Source of the DNA: Candidatus Poribacteria bacterium
GTDB lineage: Bacteria; Poribacteria; WGA-4E; UBA9662
Direction: 5' to 3'
Assembly: GCA_046582655.1 (NCBI GenBank)
Contig: JAYGDX010000375.1
Location: 1-36,754 of the forward strand
DNA: 36,754 nucleotides
The position numbers were made by a program, and so were the translations under genes. Every line of letters begins with the position of its first letter. Within the stretch, counting starts at the first letter, position 1. The notes under the pieces were generated by a model. It ran no database searches, was not told the DNA's origin, and saw nothing but the letters and a program-made list of their open reading frames with translations. Of the stretch, positions 1 to 10,089 are shown one piece after another.

Positions 1-247
1 TGGCCCAGCCTTAGTTGCCAGCGGTGCGGCATCAAGGCTGCAAAGTCAGCCAGTGCCGCCATCAAGCGGTACTGATTGATGGCGGATTGAGACAAATAAT
101 CGTAATTTCGCGATAGTAAATTCAATTTTCACTCAAAATAATGTTAACTCAAAATTTGAGCCTCTAAAATGCGATTTTTAGAGGTGGCCTATATTATTAA
201 ATAAGTCAATCTGGCAGACAAAAATCCGCATTTGAGTTGATTCACTT

Positions 248-1225
248 ATGAGGCTTCAGTATATAAATTGGTTGTGGTTAATGATCCTGTTTCTTCTTTT
301 ACCTGTTGGCATGATAAGGGGTAATGACGACGAGGTCGAATTGCCGAAGAACATTGTTTGGAGGAAGGATAAGGCTGAGATGGTCTTGATTCTGGCTGGC
401 AGTTTTGAAATGGGAAACCATTGGTTAGATACCGTGAATCTGCGGGATGCTCAGCCCATCCATAGCGTGCAACTGGATGTCTTCTACATGGACACCCATG
501 AGGTGACTGTTGAACAGTACAAAAAATTTATTCAGCAGACAGGCTTCAATCCATATTTAATTGGTGCGGGGCAAGTATCTGCCGCCGCATTCTGGAAGTA
601 TATTAATCTAGTTTCAAGCACGGACAACCATCCGATGACGATGGTCTCCTGGCACGATGCCATGATGTACGCGCAATGGGCAGGAAAAAGGTTGCCAACC
701 GAAGCAGAATGGGAATACGCTGCACGTGGAGGTCTTGGTGAACAACGCAACCTTTGGGGTAACAGCAAGCCTGATGGAAGTCAATGCAATCTTTCAGACC
801 AAAAGGTAAAAGAATTGGTGGAAACGTCAAGTATCGAAGAAACACACATCATGGCGGAACTAGACCTGGACGATGGTTATGCTACAGCAGCTCCGGTCAA
901 AAGTTTTCCACCCAATGGTTATGGTTTATATGACATGTCGGGAAATGTAGCAGAATGGTACCTTGATGCCTACCAAAAAAAAATTTACAGCTACAGCCCC
1001 ACAAAAAACCCAATCGCACAATATATGGACATCGAAAGCCTCCTCAGGAGCTTTCAAGCTGTACATACAAAACGTGTAGTACGTGGTGGTGGATGGGGGA
1101 GCATTGGTGAATCACTCCGTGTGGATCATCGTATGTCTTTCGAACCAGACGGTGTTGAGCTCTTCCTTGGTTTTCGTTGTGTGAAAGCGATTGACAAAGT
1201 TGCCAATAAATCCTCTATACCATGA
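248..1225 (+). CDS. Secreted FGE-sulfatase (SUMF1/EgtB/PvdO-like) domain protein, probably not a catalytic FGE
   Basis: Hydrophobic N-terminus; motifs F.MG, P.HSV.LD.FYMD.HEVT, RLPTEAEWEYAARGG, NGYGLYDMSGNVAEW, RVVRGGGW, GFRC; no CxxxxC catalytic pair. Confidence 0.88.
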   Translation: MRLQYINWLWLMILFLLLPVGMIRGNDDEVELPKNIVWRKDKAEMVLILAGSFEMGNHWLDTVNLRDAQPIHSVQLDVFYMDTHEVTVEQYKKFIQQTGFNPYLIGAGQVSAAAFWKYINLVSSTDNHPMTMVSWHDAMMYAQWAGKRLPTEAEWEYAARGGLGEQRNLWGNSKPDGSQCNLSDQKVKELVETSSIEETHIMAELDLDDGYATAAPVKSFPPNGYGLYDMSGNVAEWYLDAYQKKIYSYSPTKNPIAQYMDIESLLRSFQAVHTKRVVRGGGWGSIGESLRVDHRMSFEPDGVELFLGFRCVKAIDKVANKSSIP

Positions 1226-1618
1226 CAGGCCAGATCCTTGTAGAGTTGAATAAAAGAAGCCCGACATTAGAGTCCTACCAACGATAGACTCCAAGTTAAG
1301 GTAATGCCTTTTTGAACTACTGTAGTCTGTAAAAGCCTATTAATCCGGTTAGTTTAGCATTGTTGTAGAGTTACTTCTCTTTGTAGAACAAGTTGCATAG
1401 CTCTATCAAGTGCTTCTGCCGGTTTTCCAATTCAACCAAGACTACCAAATCAAACCAATTCAGCTTCCGATTTTGTGGTCAATTGCAACGAAATTATTTG
1501 GTAATTTTGAGATTTATGTGCTAACTTTGAAATATCGAAAGCGCAAATATCGGCTAGTCGAATTGAATATTGTTTCTTAATCTACGAGTCTAGAAGCTAG
1601 GGGGGAAAAGTAAATTAT

Positions 1619-2755
1619 ATGTCATCAAATAACCTTCTTCGCGTTGGTATTGTTGGGGCGGGTTGGGCTGCAGAAGGTCATGCATTTGCCTATGACCGGT
1701 GTGTGGAGACGAAAATTGTGGCCATCTGCAATCGAACACAATCAACCGTTGAAAAAGTAGCAAAACGCTTTCAAATTCCGAATATCTTTTCCGATTATCA
1801 ACAGATGTTGCAGGAAGATCTGGACATCGTAGCTATAACAACTCCTGCCCATACGCATTGCCGAATTGCGGTGGATGCTTTGAACGCTGGAGCGCACGTT
1901 ATCTGTGAAAAGCCAATGACACTGAACGCCGAAGAGGCTCTCAAAATGTATCAAGTGGCGGAACAGAGGAATCTAAAAACAGCTATCGCCTTTAATTGGC
2001 GGTACACTCCCGAATTCATTCATCTCAGGAAACTTATCAATGATGGGTATATTGGTGAGGTTCAGGAGATACACGCCCATTGGCTTCGCGGATTGTCAAA
2101 AGAAGTAGCTGTCGGCTGGTTTACCCGATTGGAACAGGGGGGAGGATTTCTGGCCAATGGCGGATCACACGAAATTGATAGAGTACGCTGTCTTCTCGGA
2201 CGTGAACCGAAACGGGTTTGTGGTAAAACTATTCATTCACTAAAACATGGATATGTGGTTCCCAATAAAGATTATTTTCTTGATCGATTGGCATGGAAAC
2301 CAGAAAAAAATGAACCAATTGATACCTATCGAACCGAAGAGATTACTGCAGATGTGGGATACTACTTTCTAGCCGATTTTGGAAGCACTGGGAACGACGA
2401 AAACGAGATTATGGCGGTTTTCAGGTCTGGATCAGCTAGAGGGAGAGGTCCTCGCAGCATCGAAGTTTTTGGGAGCAATGGCTCTTTAGTTTTAGAAGGT
2501 AACCGATTATTGGGATGCCCTCTGGAAAAACAGGAGTTTGTGCCTATTCATCCACCTGTTAATTCCAGTGATTTGGCCTCAAACCAGCTAGAATTGTTGA
2601 ACTATCTTTGGACTGAAATGGTGGAAGATTTTATTAGATCTATCCATCAGTCCGAGACAACCGTTCCAACTTTCTATGATGGCCTAAAAGGTCAGCAGGT
2701 TATCGACGCAGTAAGGCTTTCTGGGCAGGAAAACAAATGGATACAACTCACTTAA
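1619..2755 (+). CDS. Gfo/Idh/MocA family NAD(P)-dependent oxidoreductase
   Basis: VGIVGAG Rossmann motif, ITTPAHTH, CEKP, GGGFLANGGSHEID; GGGGG-type RBS upstream. Confidence 0.92.
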   Translation: MSSNNLLRVGIVGAGWAAEGHAFAYDRCVETKIVAICNRTQSTVEKVAKRFQIPNIFSDYQQMLQEDLDIVAITTPAHTHCRIAVDALNAGAHVICEKPMTLNAEEALKMYQVAEQRNLKTAIAFNWRYTPEFIHLRKLINDGYIGEVQEIHAHWLRGLSKEVAVGWFTRLEQGGGFLANGGSHEIDRVRCLLGREPKRVCGKTIHSLKHGYVVPNKDYFLDRLAWKPEKNEPIDTYRTEEITADVGYYFLADFGSTGNDENEIMAVFRSGSARGRGPRSIEVFGSNGSLVLEGNRLLGCPLEKQEFVPIHPPVNSSDLASNQLELLNYLWTEMVEDFIRSIHQSETTVPTFYDGLKGQQVIDAVRLSGQENKWIQLT

Positions 2756-2834
2756 AGCACCAAAGTTCGGTCAATACGATGATCGATTGAATTTTTAGGG
2801 ATATAGAGAATAATCCTGAAAGGAAGACAAAGTC

Positions 2835-4491
2835 GTGGGAAACAAATACGCTATGTTGGAGGAGGAAAAATATTTTTTCGATCTGACCGGATACCTGATT
2901 GTTCGACATGCATTAGCGTCAGAAGAGGTTAGTGAATGTAATAAAACAATAGATCGATATGTGGATAAAATCCAATCTAGATCGATTGAAAACGGGGGAC
3001 TAGCCGGCAGATCCGAAACGCTTCATGGTTAATCCGGACGGCTAGAGTTGACAGGAATGTTAGGATGGCCGGTTCCCCACCGTGAAGCGTTTCGGAAACT
3101 TCTGGTTCATCCAGTTGTTGTATCCTGCTTGAACGTTTTATCTGGAAAAGGGTTCCGGCTTGATCATGGCCCCTTGATGATCGGAGCCATGGAGGGTACA
3201 GAAGGCCATCTTCTGCATGGTGCAGGCGAACCATTCAGCCAATCAGTTTGGTATCATCAGCAGAATGGAAGGATATATTGTAGGGGGATAACCGTTGCTT
3301 GGCAACTTTACGATGTAAATGAAGGTGATGGCGGATTTGTTGTCGTGCCGGGAAGTCACAAATCACGATTCCGTATGCCCGAAGGAGTGCGGACAGTTGA
3401 CGATGATATGGGTTTGGTAGTACAACCTGTCATGGAAGCCGGTGATGTTTTATTTTTGGCGGAGACAGCTACGCATGGAACACTTCCTTGGAAAGGAATA
3501 AGGAGAAAGAAGATCAATTCTGTATAAATATGCTTCACGCGCGGTTGCTCGAGCGACTGGACATTTATATACACTGGAAGAACGCTATGATGAATGGACG
3601 AAAGAGTTGACTGCTGAACAGCATTCATTGCTCTATGGACCGGGACACCATACTGGAGGTAAGAAACGGTATGCCCTTGAATCGGATGGTAAACAGGTAC
3701 GACTTGCTAATCAGGCTTTTGACTACTGTCGGGACAAGTTTTCGACTGCTCCAGCCGGACGAGTGGCGAAAGGTTCTAAAGCTCTGGCAGGAACAGGCCG
3801 GCTGGAAATGCATGGCCTGATGTAGTTACCTGGACCTTACTGCCACCCGTTCCGACAAATGATCGCTCATCCGGCTATTGTGCTGAGATTGAATATGATG
3901 TGTGGCAAGCGTTTTCGGCTTGATCACGGTCCATTGATCATTTCTGGGGTTGAAGGAACAGAAGGGTTGACACTACATGGTCAAGGAGAACCACATAATC
4001 CCTGCGTGGCCTACCATCAGCAGAATGATACCACTTACTGTGGTGGGGTCACCGTTAGTTGGCAGTTAAGCGATGTAAACCAGGGAGATGGTGGGTTTGT
4101 CTGTGTACCGGGGAGTCATAAATCGAGGCAACGTATGCCTGCTGGCGTCAGGACTTGTGATAACGATCTAGGGTTGGTCACGCAGCCGGTTATGAAAGCT
4201 GGCGACGTGCTTTTCTTTATGGGCGGAGCGCAAACACATGGAACACATCCTTGGCAGAGCCAAACCCCACGCAGATCTGTGTTGATTAAATATGCTTCCC
4301 AGAGTTCTGTCCGTGGAGTTCCGTCTAAAGATTTATATAAGCCTGAGGTATGGTGGGGGGAAGATCTCGTAGCAGATATGACCGAAGAGCAACGTGCGGT
4401 TATGTATGGGCCAGGAGTCCATCACGGCGGACTAGTGAAACCATTAATGGTAGAGGAAGACGGAACTGTTCGCATTGATCATTGCGACTAA
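2835..4491 (+). pseudogene. Disrupted tandem/fused pair of PhyH (phytanoyl-CoA dioxygenase) family domains
   Basis: EKYFFDLTGYLIVR start; in-frame TAA 3030-3032; +1 frameshift at ~3498-3501 (restored frame reads GERRSILYKYAS); in-frame TAG 3823-3825; both halves contain RLDHGP, GDGGFV.VPGSHKS, AGDVLF and THGT.PW. Confidence 0.85.
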
Positions 4492-4581
4492 ACTTGTAGT
4501 CTACGCCGGGATTTAGCGCCAATGAATTGTCTTACCAACATAGGGGGACTCTGAAAAAAGCATTGGAATTCTTGGTAGTTT

Positions 4582-5769
4582 CTATCTTTCTTCATAACCA
4601 ATAGGTTCCGGGAAGTATGATTTACCGAACGTCATGTCTGAGTAGACGCCATCAGGGATAGTCAACGGATCTCCCATACGGAATTTGTCGATGACCTCTA
4701 GGTCCAATTGGATACCTAACCCTGGTGCATGACTTAATTGTAACTCTCCATCTTCAATCTGCAGTGGTTCGACTAGCAGTTCGTTGACAAAAGGGTTGTT
4801 CATCTGATCAACTTCAACGGTGATACCATTGGGCGCAGCTGACACCATATGTGCATTAGCTATGATGGCGACAGCGTCGTTCCAGGAATGGGTTGCAACT
4901 CCTAGGCCGGATTCTTCCGCCATTTTAGCTATTTTCCATGCTTCACTAATCCCTCCACACCGTGAAGCATCTGGCTGAACAATGTCTAACGCTTTAGCCC
5001 GAATCATCTCACGAAACCCCTGTAGGCCAAACTCATTTTCGCCGCCCGCAATCGGAACTCTTACAACTTGACGTAGTGCAGTGTAGGAATCGATATCCTC
5101 TGGTGCAAAAGGTTCTTCGTACCAAAAAACTTTCTGTTCCTTCAGAAAATCCCCCATTCTACAAGCAAGTTCAAAATGATACCGCATTGAAGCATCGACA
5201 ATCACATCGTGATCCATACCGATTGCTTTTCTGACAGCTAGAATGGCCGAGGTATCATATTCTTCGCTACGAGCCAATCGCATCTTGACTCTCCGAAACC
5301 CTTTCTCGATATACTGACCTGCTTCTTCGGCCAGCTTCTCAACCTCTTTCCAAAGTAGTCCGCTGGCATAGGCCGGACAGGTTTTTCGTTCACCACCAAG
5401 AAGTTCCCAAACGGGCTTCTCAACCGACTTACCCCGAAGATCCCAAAGTGCAGTATCCACACCACCTAAAGTTGACATCGCCACACCTTTGCGGCCATAC
5501 CACAACGTCAAACCGTACATTTTCTTCCACAGCTCTTCCACATTACGCGGATCTTCTCCAATCAGTAGCGGGTTAAGTTGATCGCGAATGATGAGATGGA
5601 TCAAAGATGGGTGTGAATAGACAGAACCAATTCCGACATGATTCGTATCGGTATGAACCAGAATTAGTGTTGTCAGACGGTTGGTACAAATGCCACCCGC
5701 ATATTGGAATCTATCATTTTCAGGATATTGGTAAAGTAAATTGATGTCTTCAATACGTTCGATTTTCAT
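4582..5769 (-). CDS. Mandelate racemase/muconate lactonizing enzyme family protein (acid-sugar dehydratase-like)
   Basis: DTALWDLRGK..KPVWELLGG, VDA/EEP/GGEN metal ligands, QPD and ATH His-Asp dyad, PGLGI; KxR where KxK is usual. Confidence 0.92.
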   Translation of the reverse strand: MKIERIEDINLLYQYPENDRFQYAGGICTNRLTTLILVHTDTNHVGIGSVYSHPSLIHLIIRDQLNPLLIGEDPRNVEELWKKMYGLTLWYGRKGVAMSTLGGVDTALWDLRGKSVEKPVWELLGGERKTCPAYASGLLWKEVEKLAEEAGQYIEKGFRRVKMRLARSEEYDTSAILAVRKAIGMDHDVIVDASMRYHFELACRMGDFLKEQKVFWYEEPFAPEDIDSYTALRQVVRVPIAGGENEFGLQGFREMIRAKALDIVQPDASRCGGISEAWKIAKMAEESGLGVATHSWNDAVAIIANAHMVSAAPNGITVEVDQMNNPFVNELLVEPLQIEDGELQLSHAPGLGIQLDLEVIDKFRMGDPLTIPDGVYSDMTFGKSYFPEPIGYEER

Positions 5770-5840
5770 GTTTTATTAGATTATCCTCGTTAAATTAAAT
5801 TGGGTTCAAGATTTTCCGACAGAACCCATTAATTTCGATT

Positions 5841-6281
5841 TTAAGATTCGTCCTCTACAACCAAATCGGTTAGCAGTGCCTCCATAATGTATTTTCCAAA
5901 AAATAAAACTTACGATCAGGATTCCATAACACCCGTTTCCCTTCATGCTCTGTCAGGCTGCTATAAGTTCTGATCTCTGTCGTCTGTTTAGCTCCAACAA
6001 TTAACTCCAGTTCCGATCATCGTTTACCATGACAACTATGTGTGGTGACGGTATGGTTATCGTCATGATCTTCGCAAACTACTCTGGTTCCAGATTGTGA
6101 GTAATTCACCGATCTTTAGAGCAGGAAAAACTAGGAAGTGCTTGTTATCACCATCGATCAGATTTTCATCTTTGGGGAAGTGAGATGAAAGGGGCAAATA
6201 CAATACAATGTTCAGCTGGTTCCGACGCTAATCATCTTGTTGAAAGTTAGTGTTCGTCAATTCCTGTTTTCCTATAGACAT
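5841..6281 (-). pseudogene. Highly degraded, internally deleted BNR/Asp-box sialidase-like gene remnant
   Basis: Manual translation across shifting frames: IVLYLP..DGDNKHFLVF..GELLTIWNQSS / CEDHDDNH..SCHGKR*SE (Asp-box-like, W codon now TGA) / TYSSLTEHEGKRVLWNPDRKF / GKYIMEALLTDLVV; multiple stops and frameshifts. Confidence 0.6.
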
Positions 6282-6445
6282 AAATTTTCAAGGAGATAAT
6301 CGGGGGTGACTTTCAATTGTTATTATGAATGATTATTAGTAGCCACGCCAACGGTTTAACCTATTCCAAATCGGATTGGTCTCATCTTGAACCAAATTGT
6401 ATCATGGTTTTAGTTCAGGTAAAATAGATGCTTTAAGTATTTGCG

Positions 6446-6474
6446 TTGACAGCTTACGCGATCCGTCATAGAAT
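6446..6474 (+). promoter_or_regulatory. Sigma70-type promoter of the GNAT gene
   Basis: TTGACA (6446-6451), 17 nt spacer, TAGAAT (6469-6474). Confidence 0.7.
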
Positions 6475-6483
6475 CAAAGAATA

Positions 6484-7317
6484 ATGGATCTGCCAAATTC
6501 ACATCATCTTGACCTTCTACAACCATGGTTAGATAATCAACTGGGTACCTCAATCGATTCTGCCAGTGCCGATCCGGTATCGGTATATAGCACACCTCCG
6601 CGTCAGAAAGATCAAAGCGGTCTATGGGCTATTAGGGTTGGAGAGAAAGGAGTCATTACCACTCGATTAGAGTGGCTTAACGCACTTAAACTGTCAATTG
6701 CTGATTTGTCTGCCGGCCAGTTGTTTTCTACCTTTGGCGCTTACGAGCTTTCTCGGATTACATTAGCTGATGGAGTTGGGGTGTGGGGACCGAGTTGGTT
6801 ACTTGTTGGCGACAGTGGTTCTTTTCAACCGGTAAGTGACGATCGTCCCATCCAGCTTGAAGCTGATGAAATCTCGCGACACGCTGATCCTGATCTTTTC
6901 TGGCATTGTTTTCCTGACCAAGTTATTAGCGGGTTTGCCATTTTTGAGGTTGGCCAACTTGTGGCTTTGGCTTCAGTTAGTCTGGTGAGCAATGAAATTT
7001 GGGAGATTGGTATAGATGTTGTGCCTAAAGCTAAAGGTCGTGGCTTAGGTCGGGCAGTGGTAAGTGCGGCTGGTCAATGGACACTTTCGCACAGTCGGCT
7101 GATTTATGCTACTACAGCAGCTTGGAATGTTCCCTCTGCTCGTCTGCTCCGTTCTGTTGGTCTGAAATACGTGGCTAGTATCATGACAGGCATTGCGGGG
7201 CCGTTTCGTGTGCCCCCACAGCCTTTGGGATATCCATGTCGGGGAGTGGATATCTACAATTACTATCCGGATTGGGCAATGAACAAGGGAATTCTCTCTG
7301 CAAGCGGATTAGACTGA
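6484..7317 (+). CDS. GNAT family N-acetyltransferase
   Basis: C-terminal acetyl-CoA binding motif EIGIDVVP.AKGRGLGRAVV and WNVPSARLLRSVG. Confidence 0.85.
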   Translation: MDLPNSHHLDLLQPWLDNQLGTSIDSASADPVSVYSTPPRQKDQSGLWAIRVGEKGVITTRLEWLNALKLSIADLSAGQLFSTFGAYELSRITLADGVGVWGPSWLLVGDSGSFQPVSDDRPIQLEADEISRHADPDLFWHCFPDQVISGFAIFEVGQLVALASVSLVSNEIWEIGIDVVPKAKGRGLGRAVVSAAGQWTLSHSRLIYATTAAWNVPSARLLRSVGLKYVASIMTGIAGPFRVPPQPLGYPCRGVDIYNYYPDWAMNKGILSASGLD

Positions 7318-7376
7318 GAAATGCCTGGGCATAACCATACAGATCAACTGGAAGTAACCATCGTTATGTGCTCTGT

Positions 7377-8231
7377 TCATCCGGTGACATGACGTGTTAG
7401 AGGGACACCATATTGTTGACACCAATCCCTGAGAGGATTGGAACCGCCATCCACCTGAAAAGTTTTTACATCGTCGTAAGACTCTCCCACTAGGTAACGT
7501 TCTAAAGGATTCAATTTCTCTACAAATTTCTGTTCCTGTTGCCGAAAATCCATGGGCATGATCCAACGATATCCGTAACCTATCATCACAGCTTTTCGAA
7601 TACGGTTCGTCAGGTTTGCCGCACCAGCATGCCAAGTCCGATTTTCGAAAATTAGACAGTCTCCGGGATGAAGCGATGGTTCAACAGCACTCACTGGATC
7701 CACCTGATCAGCCGGGATCTCCATCGGTTCTTTTAATTGATTGCTACCAGGCGCAACCATTGTTGCTCCAGAGTTAGGTTGGCTTAGATCGGTCAAGTAG
7801 TAGGCACATTTCAACACAATTCGTGGGATACTGTAATGCCCAAGGTCATTCATCGCCTGATAATAGTCTCTGTGCCAGCCTGGCGAACGGCGTGTGGGTG
7901 GGGTTCCCAGTATTTCGGGCGATTTATAAATCAGGTGTGAAGTCATCAGATGCAGATTTGCGCCCAGTAGTTGAACTACCAGAGGGAGAATAGCAGGATG
8001 TGTGATCAACGGTATAAAGGAGTCATCTAAGGTAACGCAATTGCGGAACCCATCATAACGTCCATCTTCGCGTTGCTGTCGGTTTGTAATTAGGTCACTA
8101 TCAATCAGTCTGTCTCCGGCTGCCGTCAGTTTGGCAATAATTTCTTCTCTAATAGCTTGGCGAATAATCAGAAAACCTTTTTGGTCAAATTGTTTTTGTT
8201 GTTCTGTGGTAATGGGTACAAACTCTATCAT
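7377..8231 (-). CDS. Phytanoyl-CoA dioxygenase (PhyH) family Fe(II)/2OG dioxygenase, intact
   Basis: FDQKGFLIIR, WHRD (HxD), GATMVAPGS, GDCLIFENRTWH, downstream Arg. Confidence 0.9.
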   Translation of the reverse strand: MIEFVPITTEQQKQFDQKGFLIIRQAIREEIIAKLTAAGDRLIDSDLITNRQQREDGRYDGFRNCVTLDDSFIPLITHPAILPLVVQLLGANLHLMTSHLIYKSPEILGTPPTRRSPGWHRDYYQAMNDLGHYSIPRIVLKCAYYLTDLSQPNSGATMVAPGSNQLKEPMEIPADQVDPVSAVEPSLHPGDCLIFENRTWHAGAANLTNRIRKAVMIGYGYRWIMPMDFRQQEQKFVEKLNPLERYLVGESYDDVKTFQVDGGSNPLRDWCQQYGVPLTRHVTG

Positions 8232-8275
8232 AAGGCGGATTCCCTTTTAGTCGTATAATTTGTTGGCGAATAATT

Positions 8276-9967
8276 TTAAAAGTCCCACTCGTTTGACCAG
8301 AACCCCCAATCGAGGGTTTCCCCACCACAATAGACGATATAATCGGGTAACAGTTGCATATCCAGATGGCTGCCCCAGGTAACGGCATCTGGGCTGACTC
8401 CTCCGTGAATGGCCACGTAGCGGTGCGGATGATCGGGATGTGGAAAGACAGCCAAAATCGCTACTCGGTCCCCGGTATAAGACTTTCCACCAATATGGAT
8501 TGCCTGATTAGAAAAAGTCAAAGGTAATTTTCCCTCCCATGCAGCTAGAACAGCGTTGGAAGCGTAAGTGCCATATAGTAGTAGATTCTTCTCTTGCAGA
8601 TGGGTGTCATTCAGTTCGGTATCAGGAACAACAGGGATCTCCACTTCGTTTTCCCCCATAATCCCACCACGATGGACACCTCCGTTCCGTGTGCGGAAGT
8701 ACGTAGCTGCGTTGTCTGCTACCCAGGTATTGAAAAACTTTTCTTCTTTTGTGCCGATTGTACCGGGTACCAGCAATAACCCATCATAAAACAGATCGCT
8801 GATCGGCCCGGTGTTTTGGGGCCTTTTTTGACCGAACAGATTAAATGGGCCTATTGTCCAGTCTCCTCGTTGATCTCGTTGAAACTGTTCTTGTTTTTGC
8901 AGATCAACCGACTCGATAATATGACCGTCAAGTGACAGATCAATAAGATGCTGGTGGTCGATAGGACCGATAGAGAGGGTACGTACGTTTTCCGTCTGCA
9001 CCTGCAGAACACTATCTGCCAGTTTCGCCTCGACCAGACCACGTTGGCCATAAACTTCTAATTGATCAATGGTTACCCAATACGACTGGTTATGACGCAA
9101 ACTGTAGGTTGCCAGCGAAACCTGCTTGGGATAGCGCTCTTTTCTTTGTTCCAGTAACCAGGCAGTGGTCTGTTTCCATATCTCCAGAGTTTGACAACCG
9201 TGGCCGGTTTCCGGCACTTCAGTGTATTTGTGCGTATAACCGAGGGTAGCTAACTTCTTAGCCATCTGCCGGGAATGCTCGACTGGTACGCCACCACCAA
9301 CGGCACGATCCCACTCGCCATGAACTATCCAGACTGGCGTATGGCGCAGATTCTCAACCGTGAAAGCAGCCGACCTCGATTTCCATGATGCTTCCTCCCA
9401 CTGGTGCATATGGAAGGTCAATCCTCCCGGTTTTTCCCATAGCTGATGATCACAGTATCCACAAAACGGCACCGCTCCAGCGAAAAGGTCGGGATAGTGG
9501 GAGATCAGGTACCAGGTGGCCGCCCCACCCATCGATGCGCCGGTAACAGTAATGCGGTTGTGATCAATAGCATAGATGGTGGTAATATGCTCGATAGCTT
9601 CTAGAACATCAATTTCGCCATAGTTCTGGTAGACAGATCCGTTGCCTCTGCCTGTAGGCCGAAGTGCTACACAGGCAGAGCCGTGTTCCTGTGCCATATT
9701 GATGAGGGTCTCGGTTCGGGCCACAGCAGCCGAGAGATTTCCCCAGGCACCGGGGCTGATTTCTACAATTAGTGGTTTTGGATCGTCACTGGTATCGGTG
9801 GCACAAACCGCGTATGGGTATAGTTTATCATCCACCTTCGACTTAAAATACTGTAGTTGTCCAACCGGTTTCACGCTAATATCTCCTGATTCAGTCACTA
9901 ACACCCATTTTAGCAGGGACGGATCTTTTGAGCAATGCATTCTAAAGGTCACCGCGATTCGTGACAT
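8276..9967 (-). CDS. Alpha/beta hydrolase (prolyl oligopeptidase/esterase-like); start likely ATG 9967 rather than 10060
   Basis: GASMGG nucleophile elbow, HGEWD, ETGH; the longer start would overlap the divergent promoter. Confidence 0.8.
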   Translation of the reverse strand: MSRIAVTFRMHCSKDPSLLKWVLVTESGDISVKPVGQLQYFKSKVDDKLYPYAVCATDTSDDPKPLIVEISPGAWGNLSAAVARTETLINMAQEHGSACVALRPTGRGNGSVYQNYGEIDVLEAIEHITTIYAIDHNRITVTGASMGGAATWYLISHYPDLFAGAVPFCGYCDHQLWEKPGGLTFHMHQWEEASWKSRSAAFTVENLRHTPVWIVHGEWDRAVGGGVPVEHSRQMAKKLATLGYTHKYTEVPETGHGCQTLEIWKQTTAWLLEQRKERYPKQVSLATYSLRHNQSYWVTIDQLEVYGQRGLVEAKLADSVLQVQTENVRTLSIGPIDHQHLIDLSLDGHIIESVDLQKQEQFQRDQRGDWTIGPFNLFGQKRPQNTGPISDLFYDGLLLVPGTIGTKEEKFFNTWVADNAATYFRTRNGGVHRGGIMGENEVEIPVVPDTELNDTHLQEKNLLLYGTYASNAVLAAWEGKLPLTFSNQAIHIGGKSYTGDRVAILAVFPHPDHPHRYVAIHGGVSPDAVTWGSHLDMQLLPDYIVYCGGETLDWGFWSNEWDF

Positions 9968-9976
9968 CTTTTCTGG

Positions 9977-10004
9977 TTGACGTTGACCAGCAGTTCGGTA
10001 TAAT
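9977..10004 (+). promoter_or_regulatory. Sigma70-type promoter of the aminotransferase-AKR-sulfatase-PhyH operon
   Basis: TTGACG (9977-9982), 16 nt spacer, TATAAT (9999-10004). Confidence 0.55.
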
Positions 10005-10089
10005 GGTAAAAATCTGCAATATCGATGACTTAAATAATAATAAAAACGAGATTTATCCAAATTTAACGTGTTGGATCAGAGGAATCGCG

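Noticed and set aside
56..184. Inverted repeats at 56-85 and 161-184 and the ACTCAAAAT direct repeat (131-139, 147-155)
   Set aside because: Short, at the window edge and partly AT-rich; cannot be distinguished from chance or assigned a function.
975..983. A9 homopolymer as a phase-variation tract
   Set aside because: The gene is in frame and there is no evidence of length variation from a single sequence.
248..1225. FGE/CLec-fold genes as diversity-generating retroelement targets
   Set aside because: No reverse transcriptase in the window and no near-identical template repeat of either 3' end was seen.
1226..1500. Possible minus-strand gene relic (…IGKPAEALDRAMQLVLQRE…)
   Set aside because: Several stops and no motif I can assign; it would need BLASTX.
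9961..10089. Apparent head-to-head overlap of ORFs 8276-10060 and 9961-11028
   Set aside because: Artefact of longest-ORF calling; the likely starts at 9967 and 10090 leave a normal divergent intergenic region.
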